Assembly (NCBI GenBank): GCA_052055015.1
Contig: JBQJIT010000017.1
Strand: one strand, 5' to 3'
DNA length: 64,000 nucleotides
Source of the DNA: Malassezia furfur
Taxonomy: Eukaryota
Each line of letters begins with the position of its first letter. The stretch's first letter is position 1. A model generated the notes under the pieces. It was given only the letters and a program-made list of their open reading frames with translations, searched no databases and was not told the origin of the DNA. A program made the position numbers and the translations under genes. Of this stretch, positions 8,742 through 21,200 are shown in pieces.

Positions 8742-11096
8742 CTACCGCGTCGCCACGTCGATGGCGTGCTGGACGTCGGTCGTGAGGCGCTCACCGCGCG
8801 CACTGGCCGCGGTGAACCAGTCAAAGGCAAGCTGCGCCACCTTCTCCTGCTGCTCGGCACGCTCGACGTCCGAGCGGCGCTGGCTGATCGCCACGCGGAA
8901 CTTCTCTTGGAGGTCCCAGCTGGCGAGGCGCAGCACCTTGCGCGTCTCGCGCGTGACACGCGAGGCGTGCAGAGTCGCAAACGCGTCGGTCGAGTTGCGC
9001 AGCAGCGCCGAGCTGTTGCCCGTCGCGTGGACGCCACGGCCCGACTTGAGCTCGCGCTTGAGGCTGCGTCCGACGTTGCGCGGCACGGCGTTGGGCAGGT
9101 CCATCACGACCCACGTCAGTGCGCCGACGCCGAGGAGCAGCAGCACAGGCGCAGCCCACCGGCGTGCTGTGCGGCTGCCGAGGATGTCGGTCACGCGCAC
9201 AAACGCATCGACCGCGGTCTTCAGACCGAGCGAGCGCGTACCGACCAGCGTCATGGCGCCCAGACCGATCGACATAGACGACACGAGGCTCGTCTCCTTG
9301 TCCGACTTGCTCTCCTGCGTAAGGAAGGTGAGGTGGTGCTCCACGTCGAACAAATCCGAAATGCGCACTGCCACCAGGTCCACGCGCACGCCCAGACCCG
9401 CGAGGTGCGTCGTGGGCCGCTTGGCAAACATGGCCTCGGGCACAAACACGCGCTGGGGCACCTCGATGTCGCGCGGGAGGTGCGCGTCGCCGGTCGCGGC
9501 AATGTGGGTCACCGCGTCGGTGGTCTGCTGACGCGCCGACGCTTCGCACTCGCCGACGACCGCCTGCAGACTTGCGAGGAAGGCCGCGCGCACGTCGTGC
9601 GCATACTCCCACAGGCCCAGCACGCCAGGGTACGCGGGAAGCGACACATGCGTGCTTGCCGACTCGCCACGCCCGATCTTCTCGAGCGCCTCGGCGACGC
9701 GCGCCTCGGTCGTCTCGCCGACGTGTGCCACGACGCGGTCCTCTTCGCTCTCGACGGTACGCTGCGCCTTGACGGCATTCGCCTCGCACTCGGCAAGCGC
9801 CGGGCGGCTCTTGGCGAGCTGCTTGCGTGCCGCGTCCATATCCGCCTGCGCTGCTTCGAGGTTGAGCCGCGCAAGGAACAGCACGTCGCCCAGTGCGCGC
9901 TCGAGGAAAGTCTGCGCGGGTAGCAGCTTCGACTTGGCGCGCCGGCGCAGCACAAACTCGCACAGGTTTGCCTCGAGCGACGCAAAGCGCTCCGTGTCGG
10001 GCGACGTAGTACCCGCCGCCTCGCACATGGCGCGCGCATCGACAAAGTGCACGAGCTCCGCGGCCTCCTCGTACGTACGCGGCGACAGCTCGCGAATCTG
10101 CTCCAGGACGCGCGCACGGCACTTCTCCTTGTTCTTGATCTGGTCAAACTTGTTCACCACCACAAACACGTAAGCCTTGTCGTTCCGAGCGTTCTCCAAA
10201 AACTCGCACGCGCTCAGCGTGAAGTGGTTCTCGGCGCTGACAACAAACACCACGACGTCGATCTCCTCCTCGCGAGCAAACAGCGCCGTCGTCTGCACAC
10301 TGTCGCGGTTCAGACCGGGGCCGTCGATCAGCGTAATGTCCATCACGTCGTTGTGCAGCAGGCTCTCTTCGCCGCTGGACACGTCCGCGCAGTAGCACTT
10401 GAGCACGGGCGCCTCGGCGTGTTCCTTGTTCTCCTCCTCCTCAAAGATGGCCTCAATCTCGTCGAGCGCACGGCGCGAGTAGGTGCTAGGGTCGTCGACC
10501 TGATAACGCGCCGCATCATACACGACATGCACCTCCTCGACACCCTTATTCTCGCGCGCAGCATCGTGGATCTCGCAAAAGACCATTGTGCACGGCTGCT
10601 GGTCCACGGGAACCATGGAACGGCGCATCAGCGCATTGATAAACGTCGATTTGCCGGCGTTCAAGTCACCCGTGACCAACACCTTGGACTGCGTGTCGCT
10701 GATACGAACACGCAGGTTTCGCAAGTGCGTCAGCGAACGCACCATACGTTCGTCGAGCAGCTGCCCGACGGAGGACTTCTCCAGGGAGTCGACCAGCGTC
10801 GACGCATTGCCGACAGAACCGAGCTTCAGTTCCAGACGCAGCACAGACAACGGCGAGTCCTGCGACGCACTCGTGGGGTACCGCAGCACCCACTGCGCCC
10901 GGTTAAACTCGCGCAGCTCACGCAGCAAAGCGTCGGTCGCATCGAGCGAAGTCAGCAGATTGTCGCGACTCCGCAAAAAGGCTTCTTGGCTCATTTCGGG
11001 CACCGTGGCGGACGACTCAGTGGGGGGTGCCTGCACACCCTCCTCACGAGCCTCCTCAACCACCGGCGCCACGTCCTTGGGCTTGGCCGCAAGCAT
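8742..11096 (-). CDS. FZO1: Mitofusin, mitochondrial fusion GTPase
   Basis: KVLVTGDLNAGKSTFINALM, PVDQQPCT, LIDGPGLNRDS, FVVSAENHFTLS, VVNKFD; two hydrophobic segments near the C-terminus. Confidence 0.93.
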   Translation of the reverse strand: MLAAKPKDVAPVVEEAREEGVQAPPTESSATVPEMSQEAFLRSRDNLLTSLDATDALLRELREFNRAQWVLRYPTSASQDSPLSVLRLELKLGSVGNASTLVDSLEKSSVGQLLDERMVRSLTHLRNLRVRISDTQSKVLVTGDLNAGKSTFINALMRRSMVPVDQQPCTMVFCEIHDAARENKGVEEVHVVYDAARYQVDDPSTYSRRALDEIEAIFEEEENKEHAEAPVLKCYCADVSSGEESLLHNDVMDITLIDGPGLNRDSVQTTALFAREEEIDVVVFVVSAENHFTLSACEFLENARNDKAYVFVVVNKFDQIKNKEKCRARVLEQIRELSPRTYEEAAELVHFVDARAMCEAAGTTSPDTERFASLEANLCEFVLRRRAKSKLLPAQTFLERALGDVLFLARLNLEAAQADMDAARKQLAKSRPALAECEANAVKAQRTVESEEDRVVAHVGETTEARVAEALEKIGRGESASTHVSLPAYPGVLGLWEYAHDVRAAFLASLQAVVGECEASARQQTTDAVTHIAATGDAHLPRDIEVPQRVFVPEAMFAKRPTTHLAGLGVRVDLVAVRISDLFDVEHHLTFLTQESKSDKETSLVSSMSIGLGAMTLVGTRSLGLKTAVDAFVRVTDILGSRTARRWAAPVLLLLGVGALTWVVMDLPNAVPRNVGRSLKRELKSGRGVHATGNSSALLRNSTDAFATLHASRVTRETRKVLRLASWDLQEKFRVAISQRRSDVERAEQQEKVAQLAFDWFTAASARGERLTTDVQHAIDVATR

Positions 11097-11280
11097 TCTC
11101 CAATTCGTGCGTTACAACCAGCGGTGGCAAGACAACGCCCAAATCACGTTGCCGCGGCTGTAGACTTTGCCCACCGCGTCAAATTATTTACCGACGTCCC
11201 GCTCCCACGTGGCATTGGCCGGCCGCGGCCTGGCGCGCACGCCGGGTGGAGCATGGACATGCAGGTTGGTCAAGGCGAGC

Positions 11281-13152
11281 ATGACGTCGCTGCTGGGCGC
11301 CCTACGCAATACGGTGTGGCCGCAGCCATTCCGGTTCATTTTGGAGTACAAGGAGGCGCCTTCCACAAGTGGCAGCCCGGTTGCCGAGCTGATTCACGCT
11401 CACTGCCCGCACCTCTCTGGCGCTCAAACCCCGCCCTACCCCACACGCTGGCTCCCGTCCGGTCATTTGCAGACCGTCTACTCGGCCGCGGGTGACTTTT
11501 CCAAGGTGGATCGCGTGGAGTACAAACGCAAGGTGTTTCTCACGCCGGACGGCGGCACGGTTGCGCTCGACATCAGTACGTCACACACCTCTGCACTACT
11601 GACCCAGCGCCGCCCGCGCTCGCCGAGAGCCCACGCCTGGATGCTGAGGATGTACCGACCGTGGTCGTCTTGCATGGCCTTACGGGAGGATCGTACGAGA
11701 GCTAGTACGCTGGCACTGCGCTCACCACAGCGTACGTAACTGCGTCGCACCTTTGGCCAAGGCCAAGCAGGAAGGCGGCTATGGATACCGCTGCGTCGTG
11801 ATCAACGCGCGTGGATGTACGTAACACCACCTTTAACCCAGGTGCAAACACCCCTGTGACCTCGCCGCAGCTCTACTCGGCATCCAAGACGGCCGACGTG
11901 GCCTCGGCGCTGCTCTTGCTCACACGCATGTACCCCAACTCGCCCATGGCCGGCGTGGGATTCTCGCTGGGTGGTGCCATTCTCGCGAAATACGCCGGCG
12001 AGGCCGGTTCAGACACGCCATTGATCGGTGCGGTATGTGTGGGTGCACCGTACAAGCTGGACGAGACTTGCAAATCGCTCGAATCGACCGCCGTGAAGCG
12101 CGTCTACTCGTACGCTATGGGCCAAAACTTGCTCAACGTCATTCGGCGGCACGTCGACACCTTGGCGCTTGACCCATCGCTCGCTGCTCCTTTGGAGGTG
12201 GCATTTGGCGAGCGGATCCGGCCTGGAAGCGATGAGCCGCTTCCGACGCCCAGCAAGGAGGGGCCATCTAAGGGATCGCTGCGGTTCGTCGACCACTATG
12301 TCACCAGCAAGGCGGGGGGGTATCCGGCACCCTATGGCGAGTTCCCGTTTGCTACAGCAGATGACTACTATCGGCACGCGAGCCCCACAAATCGGCTTGG
12401 CAGCATCGCGCGGCCAATGTTGGCACTCAACGCCGATGACGACCCCATCGTGCCGCTTCACGAACTCAAGTCGGTTCGTGCTGAGCTGGATAATAACCCC
12501 AATATTGTGCTCGCCCACTCGCGCTGCGGTGGCCACCTGGGCTGGTTCGCATCGGCATTACCTACACGCTGGTCGCATGTACCGATCAACGAATTCCTCG
12601 CCGCCCTGTTCGAGCGTTTCCGTGAAGCCCAGGAGCCGCGCCCGGCCTCCGGCCTTGGGTCCGGCGGACCGCAGCAGTCACTATGGAAGCAGGACAAGGT
12701 CAAGCACCAGCCCGTGGATGTCGAGCTGCTACCGGTGAGCGCGCTGCTGCCCATCCTCTCGGGCGTGTCGCCGCAGACGCATGCGGATGCCGATGCGCCC
12801 GAGGATGCGACCGGCGAGCCGGTGCATGCATGGCTCCGTACGCATGTGCTTCCTGCTATTCCACTCGTGCATCCCAAAGATTCGCCAGCTCGCAAAACGC
12901 AGGAAAACGCAGCGCCGATAGCCCCTGGCAAGATGCTCCACCTCACACTGGTAGGTGGGCAGCTCACTGACCCCAGTACCAGGACGCCCAACACCCAGAA
13001 ATTGGGTTCATAGAGGTGCCCGACGACGTCCACGTTGGTATGTACTCGCCTTTTGTACTGACTCAGGCGGCAACGGAAGCATCATTCACGGAGAAAAGCT
13101 TACCCAACAGGCGCGAAGGGGGATGCGCTCGTCCAAAATTGCCGGCCTTTAG
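11281..13152 (+). CDS. Alpha/beta hydrolase, Eht1/Eeb1/ABHD1-3 family (about 5 short introns)
   Basis: Spliced reading gives WLPSGHLQTVY, TPDGGTVALD, LHGLTGGSYESYVR, NARGCANTP, GFSLGG nucleophile elbow, LNADDDPIVP, GGHLGWF. Confidence 0.85.
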
Positions 13153-13311
13153 TATCTAAAGGGCGACATTCGCCGCCTCCGCCGCCCCCACGACCAGTCA
13201 TTCAATAGGGTCCTAGGAGAAAATCATCCACGGCTGTATGCCTACGTACATCACAAACAGAGACACATACTGTACAGTGATGTCTTTTGGATTGCGTGTC
13301 TACGACACGGC

Positions 13312-13810
13312 TTAGATGAGACCAATGCGGTTCGACACGTCGAGCGCGTCCTGGTCGGCAGTCAGGCGGATAAAGGCCTTCTTCTTGCCATCGGGACTGC
13401 AGTTGTGTTAGTACGTGTCCTTTGCACAGCGAAGATACATACCGGATGAGGGTGTTGACCCTAACGGCGTCCACGTCGTACGCCTTCTTCAGGGCCTGCT
13501 TGATCTGACGCTTGTTCGCCTTGCGGTCAACAATGAACACAAGAGTGTTGACCTCCTCGATCTTCTTCATCGCGCTCTCGGTGTTCAGGGGGAACAGAAG
13601 CACCTTGTACGCGTCAGTGCGAGGAGCGTGGGGGGCGCTCTTGCGAGGGTATTTCGGGTTGCGCGCGAGACGCAGCGTCTTGGGGCGGTGGAACGACGCC
13701 GAGGTGCGAATCGTACGCAGGCGCTTCTGACCCGACTCACCCTTCTGCACAACCTTCTTGGCGACGTTGGCCTTCCGCGTAGTCGTCTTCTTGTCAGTAG
13801 CCGGCGACAT
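13312..13810 (-). CDS. RPL25: 60S ribosomal protein uL23 (L25), one intron near the 3' end
   Basis: [58 protein letters not shown]...IGLI* after removing the GTATGT...CTAAC...CAG intron. Confidence 0.95.
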
Positions 13811-13923
13811 GGTAATGGACAGCTCGGTTGTGTAGAGGACAGGGCGCGCGGTGTTCCCAGCACGAAAGGCGCGCGAATCTGTACTGTGTCACGTGTCGGT
13901 TCGGTCATGTGATTCGTATAGTT

Positions 13924-15646
13924 CTATGGCGTGGTCTGTGCGTCGTCATCGAGCACCGGAGTGGGTGGAGGTGGAGTAAGCGCATACTGGTAGACATGCT
14001 GTGCGCAGCCAACCAGGAGCACAGGGGAGGCACTTGATGTGTCAGACGACCCCATGGGGAGCGAGTTGGCCCAGCACAATGCATGTACCTGTTCTGGAAA
14101 AACGATCTCCTCCAATTTTCGCGACTGGTGAGGAGGGACGGCAGGCTCAATGGAGGGAAGGCAGGGGTCGGCACGGTCAAGAGTCCACACGCGTACGCGA
14201 CAATCATCTCCAGCGCAGGCAACTAGGCCATGTGACGGATCTGTAGATACTCCCTGTATGTGAGTCACCATATACCTACCAAGTCAGAACGAAACTTGTT
14301 TTGATGGCCCTCGTAGATACACAGCGGCGCGTCTTGGAAACGTGTGACATCAAACCGGATCATCTGCGTCAGCGAGCTACCACGCACGTCTCCATTGGTA
14401 TACAGTGCAAGAAATTCAGCATTAGAAAGAAACTCCAAATGGTAAACGGCACCAGCAGAAACGAATGAGCATTGTTCACCCTCAGACGCGGGGGAAACAA
14501 GGGTGACATTCCCCCTTCGTCCGTCTTTAACGTGGAGAAAGTGGCGCACAACTTTCCCAGCACGAAGACCCGCCAAAAGGATCACTTTTCGGCTCTCTTG
14601 GTCAAAATTCATCGAGAGTGCCATCACGTCACTGGAAAGATGAATAGTATGATGATGCCAAGCATCGGAAGCAGCAAGATCAGGTTGAAGAATTTGCACC
14701 CTTTTTCCGACGCCTTTCGACGTAAGTATTGCCTTTTTTGTTTACGAACCCAATGCGAGGACGAGTGCGGTTGAGGACGACTCGGGCTCGATGCCTAGCT
14801 CCAAAACAGACAAACACCTTAAATCACGGTCCGCATATTTGCTCTTGTCGCTAAAGTTCAAGGCGATTTTGTCTTTGCTTGATGGGGTTGAATAGACACC
14901 AACATGCCAACGCGAATCAACAGAAGCTTCTCTAGGGTCAGCGAAAAAAGCATACATAAATAAACCAGAACGTTCTGCGGTAGCATACAGCGTAGGGTGG
15001 TGTGCGGTTGTGATTTTTACAGTTTCAACATCATTCGTAACCGATACCAGCGCGCGGTTGTGAAAGCATCCTTCCAATAAGCTGGATGGGTATTTTGTCA
15101 GATCGCAATTTTTGGCACTGGATGAGATGGACAATGCGTACATTATCGTGTCGGTTCCTGTGAATGCAACCGCCAATGGCTGGGTAGATCGTGTTTTGGA
15201 TGAAATTCGCTGATGTTAGCAATTGCTGCATACGAGAAAAGATGAAATGTTGCTTCGCTCCGCCAAGGAGTCCTTGAATGAGACGACGTGAGACAATTGT
15301 AATGAATGTGCAGCGATTCTTAATATGCGCCTGAAGTGTGGGTGAATAGACATACCTTTTGTAGCGAGTCTTGCGAAGCGAATGGTATGGATAAGCGTGA
15401 TCAAATAGGCTTTCTCGTTCAAAGGGTTTTGTCTCTGTAGAATCAGGCATCGACTTTGCATTGACTAAGGTTTTGGTGTGTCTCAAGTGTCCGTGCGTAG
15501 GTGTAGACAGACTGGGAGCCTGATTACTCTTAAAGAAGCGCTTTTTCCTGAAAACACATGTAAGTATTTATTCCGTGTATCTGTCTCCTGACGTACGCTG
15601 GATCCCAGCGGAATCCTGGCAAGTAGAACGGTGCCCGTTCATCCAT
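13924..15646 (-). CDS. DCAF4/WDR21-like WD40 protein (putative CUL4-DDB1 substrate receptor), multi-intron, low GC
   Basis: Spliced N-terminus MDERAPFYLPGFRWDPAKKRFFK matches the DCAF4-type LPGFYFDPEKxRYF motif; C-terminal YEGHQN and ACAGDDCRVRVW are WD-like. Internal exon boundaries only partly resolved. Confidence 0.65.
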
Positions 15647-15967
15647 GGTGAGATGGTCCGTGAGCCAGCAAAAATATTGACGCGATGGAGCGGGAAAATT
15701 AGGCCGAATTAATAATTACAGCGGAGCGGAGTCACGACTACGTCTGATAGTCGGGATCTACCTGTGTACATCTGGACCTACGCGAGAGTCAAGACGATCA
15801 GATACGATGCACACAGGGTGATACGCAGTAGCGGTTGTACCAGGATGTGATCCAATCCACAGTTCTCTATGCACGTAATGACTGCTACAGTTACAGATGA
15901 GAAGAAGAAAATGAAATAAGAAGCTGTACACTGATGTCGTTTCGTCTTCCGTGCTAAGTTGTGGGCA

Positions 15968-17564
15968 TTATTTGCCGTTGGCGGCTTGCATCTGTGGAGC
16001 GAGAATCCGCCTCCTAGCATTGACAAACTAACGGTTAGTAGAGACAAACATACCCAATTCGAAATCTGACAGATGTCTAACCCTGTGTATTCACAGAATT
16101 TGCGCTTTTCTTCTTCTGTCGGATAAGGATGATCCGCGTGATCAAGTAGCCATGATTTGAGCATGTCCGTAATCGGCTTGGGAAGTTTACCACCACGCTT
16201 TGGCTGTGACTCGGAAACTTGAGCACCATCGCTGTTCTTGTTTTTCGAGGCGCGGCCTTGAGTGGCACGGTTCAACATGGGTTGAGGTGTTGGGCTTTCA
16301 TGCGCACCCTCCTTGTGTTTCATGTACGCAAATGCGCCCGGCGAGTTCTTTGTACGCCCACCTGTCTCATAGGTAATGTCTTCGGGAGGTGGTGCAAGCA
16401 GATCTGTCTTCCGCCCAGGCCCGTACGATTCGTTCGATGAGCGCCGCCGCTNNNNNNNNNNNNNNNNNNNNNNNNNNNNNNNNNNNNNNNNNNNNNNNNN
16501 NNNNNNNNNNNNNNNNNNNNNNNNNNNNNNNNNNNNNNNNNNNNNNNNNNNTAGGGATGATATATTTCAGGAGCACGATGGGGCGAAATGGACGGCTCGA
16601 ACGGAGTACCCGAAGGCCCATACGAACAGTTCGATGGATAGGCCCAACCAGCTTTTGAATGGTTTCCATGGGAGCCACTCAGGTTAGAATAACGCGTATG
16701 ATCGTAGTCCTCGTCGGCGTAGTTGCCATACCACCGATATTCCGCGGAGGGCGGACGATGACGAGGATATGGACTCAGTCGATGAGACCCTGAGCTCTCA
16801 GGACGGTGCCAAGGACGGTATTCGCGGGGTTTGTTGAGCGCATAGCGTCCAAGATCGTCATTTCCGTGCGTGCCTTCTTGGCCCGTACCGCTCGTGCTGT
16901 ACGTCTCGGACCTGGATCGGAATCGTTTCGGAAGTGCACCATGACCAGAAGGTTCATGCTGATAACCCAATGGTTGACCGTACAGGGAATGTGCCATGCG
17001 GTCTCGCATCTTTATTTCCGGGTATACTTCGGGCCAAGACTGGGCGCGAGAATGATCTCGTGCAATTTGTTCAAGGACCGAGTACGGGATGAGTTTCCGA
17101 GGGAAATCATCGGGTCCTCCCGTCGCAAGAATACCGGGAATTCGAGGCCTGGGCGGTGATTCCTCTTGGGTCGGTGTCTTGTCATCCGCAAACACCTCTT
17201 CGGGTGTCGATGAGTCAATTTTGACCCGCACGGGCAAGGCGTCTGCTTCTCCCGAATGCACGGGATCTGAATGACTTGCTTGTGCTACACGCCCAATCGG
17301 CTTAAGATGGTCACTAGAACCGCGATCGGCGCCAGAAGCTGATGACGATCGATAGTCTCGTGGCCGAGGAAGCACGTGTTGGGACTCGAAGTCCGAATCG
17401 TATTCGGTGGTAAAAAAGGATGGCAATGAGTTGTCCTGTCCTTTCATAGCCTGTTCATGGCCATGTCTAGAAGAGGGAATGGACTCATACAGTCTTTCAG
17501 TTACAGATGGCGAGTTACGATCGCGAAGTGGGAGGTCGCCGGCCTCTCCTTTGGTGCCCGACAT
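15968..17564 (-). CDS. TALE-class (Cup9/Tos8-like) homeodomain transcription factor, interrupted by an assembly gap
   Basis: KRGGKLPKPITDMLKSWLLDHADHPYPTEEEK...QISNW|FVNARRRIL after removing a 26-nt intron (16028-16053). The frame is open on both sides of the N run, but continuity across it is assumed. Confidence 0.75.
16452..16551. other. Assembly gap (100 N, probably an unknown-length placeholder)
   Basis: Run of exactly 100 N. Confidence 0.99.
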
Positions 17565-18275
17565 GGATACCTCCCATCCACTCGCGTAGTTCGTGGACAA
17601 CAGTTGCCTGTGGGAACCAAGGAGAGACCGACTAAACCTTGAGCAGGACGGGAGCCCAGAGGCGGGTGGCGGAAATCGAGGAAACTTGGGGCCAGATCCT
17701 CTGTTTTCTTTAGATAGCACCTGTCGGGTATGTACGCATTTTATTCATTTAACAACAGGTCCGCGACACTCCACGTCGGCTGCTGCCGCGGCTGGGTGGG
17801 AATTCACGGGTTTTTCAACGCGTCTCAGACGGGGTGTTCAGGGCCAATAGTAGCGGGGTTTCAGATCGGAAATGAGCTACAGAATCGGCGGGATGTCATC
17901 TATGTCGTAACGTAGGTTTGCACGCGGCACGAAACGTGATCTCAATCGGTAAATATATGCAAAATGCCCAATCTCGTGCATGCATTCGATCATCGCTTGT
18001 ATTTATACGCTCGGAGACTTTTTTGATTGGTCGATAATACAACCGGGAAAGAGCTATATGCACGATAAAAGATTCACTTTTCACGCGTCCGTATAGGGGT
18101 CCTATTTTCCGACTAGTTTCCCCCAATTAAGCACCTATGAGATGCAAAGATTAGACCGAAAGCCTTGGCTGCAGAGATTGTGCGCAGCAAAATGGACACG
18201 CGAGCTTAACCCTTGATTTGACTGGTTTTCAAGAAACTGGATGTATAACACTTATGTTAGCTGCGCGCTCTGGTG

Positions 18276-21200
18276 TTAAACCTGCCGCGAACTCCGCCCC
18301 ACGCGAGCCGTCCTTGGTCCCGCACCCCGGAAAGAACCGGTTTTAGATGACGACACGTCGTTCTTCGTTTGAGTGGAGGTAGGTCGCCGCCCATTCGCAG
18401 CAAGCGGAATCGACGAGGTTTGCCCGGTGGCCCGCCTGCCATTTGTGTCAGAGGCAGTTACGTCGGGTCCGTGCGCCTGCTCCTCGCTGACAGCAGCACG
18501 TGTACGAGAAGCACGCGTTGCTGTAGTGGTCATGGAGCCCAGGTTGGATACAGCCACCCGAGCCGGCAGGCGTCTGCGCACAGGCACATATGGTTCCTTC
18601 TGTGGCACCGTTCGCGGCGCCATCCGAGTCGCCTGCGCTGCTTGTGTTTGCGCCCGTTGCGCCTGAGCCGCCGCGCGCCTAGGGCTCATCCGAACTGGCA
18701 CAGCGGCCTCTGCGCGTATTTTGGTCTGAGTCTCTTTTGGCATGCTTGTCGCTGTTTTAATGTCTTTCGTGGGAATAGATGCAGCAGAGGTAGTGCGCTG
18801 ACCATCGGTATTGTTTCCTGTCGGGTCCGCCACGGTCTCATTAGTAGTACGTTCCTTGAGATAGTTTGACTTGGGAGGCGACGTTCCCGTGGTGGTCTCA
18901 CGCTCGGTAGGATACAGATTGGGTGTCGCCGCAAGTGCAGACACAACGGGAGCCGAATACTTGTTTGCCGACTCAGTCTCGGGGGTCGCGATCATGTTTC
19001 CGGGAGTAACCGATGCCTCTTGCGGAGCGCCGCGGAGAAGGTTTCTGGGTTCTTCTTTCTTGCTCGCTTCAACCTTATTAGTCTCACCCATGTGATCATT
19101 TTCTTCACATGTCAAGAAGTTAGGTGGCACTCCAATATCGCTAGACTCATGCCCGGCCTGTGATGGAGGTAGTGAGACAGGTTCCTCGGAAACATCATGC
19201 CAAGGCCCGTCATGCTCCTCCGGTTCAGCCGTGAGAGTATTCCAAGCACTGGCCAGGCTAAAGTCGTTCTCAGAGGCCACGTCAGGTCGCATCATGTGAC
19301 GGAAGTCCGACATGTAAGACTCTGATGCCAGCCGAGGTGGCTCAGCAAACATGTGCTTCAGTCCTTGCATGTCAGGGGTCTGGCTACCGTTTGGCATCGT
19401 AGGCAGAGCTGGCGAGGTAGGCAATTGGTGCATCTCAGACAACTTCGTCAGGGAGATATCCGGCGTCGTACTGGACTCTTCGATGTCCATCGGTTCATAA
19501 GCATCGGAGTTGACCTCGTTTTCAACGTCGAAAAACTCGTCGTGCACCGGTGCTACATCGTTGGCCGTTGGTGCGGCGGATTTTGGTTCGAGAAGCTCCG
19601 ACACCTGTGCGCGGGAACTGTCCTTTTCCTCTTCGGAGGGCTGCACATCGGTCCGCCTTTCGTCTTTCGTGGTGGGCGACTTGAACAGGTCTCGGAGCCA
19701 TTGCCAAGAGGATCGAGACTTGAGCTTGGGAGTCGACGGCGCATCAGGGTTCGACATGCGCCGCAGCATACGTTGTTTAGGTTGCTGGGGTGTGAGGAAG
19801 TTGGTCAAGACCGGTGCACGCTCCTTTGGCTCTGGGGTCTTAGGGCGTTCAAATTCCGGCCCCGATCCTGAGGAACCTAAGCTCCTGTCAATCTCGTCTT
19901 CATCTTCGGACGAAGTGTCTGAATCACTCGAAGCATCACCCCCAAAGTCTCGCGTCATGTCCATGTCGCGCGACCCTGTAGAGATACGAGGTGCAACAGG
20001 AGACCGACCCATAGGGGCTGTATTCTGGTTTGCAGCACGCATTTCTGACAAGGGTACAAGTGGGTACTGGGCACTTCGTTTGAGAAGTGTCGCAGTGCGC
20101 AGACTCACCTTGCGGGACTTAGACGGAGTCCATTGAAGAGGTGGCGTTCTTGGCATGACAAACGGCAATGCCGATGACATGCGAACGTTGCTCGGCTGTG
20201 GCGATGATGGGGGGCCAGCAGAAGAGGGGTTCTTCTCATTCAACAAGTTGTCGGCAACCGCGGTCGCTTCCATATCGTCAAGATGCAAGGTTTGCACAGT
20301 GTCGTCTTCGCTTGGAGAGGGCGATTCCACGGCCAAGCTCAGCTCTGAGTCTTCTTGCTGAGATGGCACGAGATCGAGAGGTTTTGTTGGAGCGGTAGCG
20401 ACTTGTTCCACCGGACGATCAGGTTCATCGGAAGATACGGGGCGCGTGAGTTCTTCTGGATGGGACATAGCATCGGTGTCTTGCTCTTTTTCCTGCAGCT
20501 CAGGAAGATCGAGGGTCTGGGGAGATTCAACAGTTTCAACCTTGGCAGAAGTAGGGGAGCTTTCTTCGGCTTCGACGGGCTCGTAAGAGGACGCTCCAGA
20601 GGTTTCGGATACAGGCCCAGGTTCCCTTTCTTTCGCAGGCTTCGGTCCAAAAGGAAGATCATCGATGCTTGTGCTGAAATGGTCCGTGTTGCGAGCCGCA
20701 GCACTTGACTCGCCTGCGTGTTCATCTGCCGAATGCGCCGACGAGGTATTCACGCCTGCATCCATCTCGGTTGCTTTAAGATGAGTATTTGCCAAAGATT
20801 GTGCCTGAGGAGACATTGTACCCGTTTTCAGGCATGGGGAGCTGTACTTGGCCTTGAGCCGCGCGCTCTGGCGTCTTGGCGTGACGGGCGAATCTGCTTT
20901 GGTTTGACGACGACGGCTTGGAGTCGACCGCGATGGCGACAAAGTGGCCACCTCATTTGGCGACTTTAAAACCGACGACGGATATGTGAAGCTCAGAGTG
21001 TGCTTCGAGATCTGGAGTTTGTCTCCATCTGCTAAGTCGACCCGGTCGGACGATTCGTTGGGCTTCAGAAGCGACCCATTGAGCACAATCCCATTCGCCC
21101 CAAGAATGTGAAGCACAGCCTTGGTAAGTCATTGTATCCGTCCGTACCTTGGACTCCTCATTGAATTCAATACGGCAGTGCTCGCGACTCACATCTTCAA

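Larger units (their letters stand above)
14250..21200. other. GC trough (candidate centromere-associated or low-recombination domain)
   Basis: Hand counts of 60-bp lines: 15301-15360 40% GC, 15901-15960 38%, 18001-18060 38%, versus 70% at 46501-46560. Edges are gradual and approximate. Confidence 0.7.

Noticed and set aside
13924..15646. Fragmented ORFs as a pseudogene
   Set aside because: The breaks I traced coincide with canonical short introns that restore the frame.
15968..17564. Homeodomain gene as a mating-type b (HD1/HD2) locus
   Set aside because: C-terminal HPYP..WFVNARRR domain is of the Cup9/Tos8 type, and there is no divergently transcribed partner homeodomain gene.
14250..21200. 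Low-GC region as a horizontally acquired island or transposon
   Set aside because: Contains eukaryote-specific genes with host-type introns, has gradual boundaries, and shows no transposase, terminal repeats or target-site duplications.
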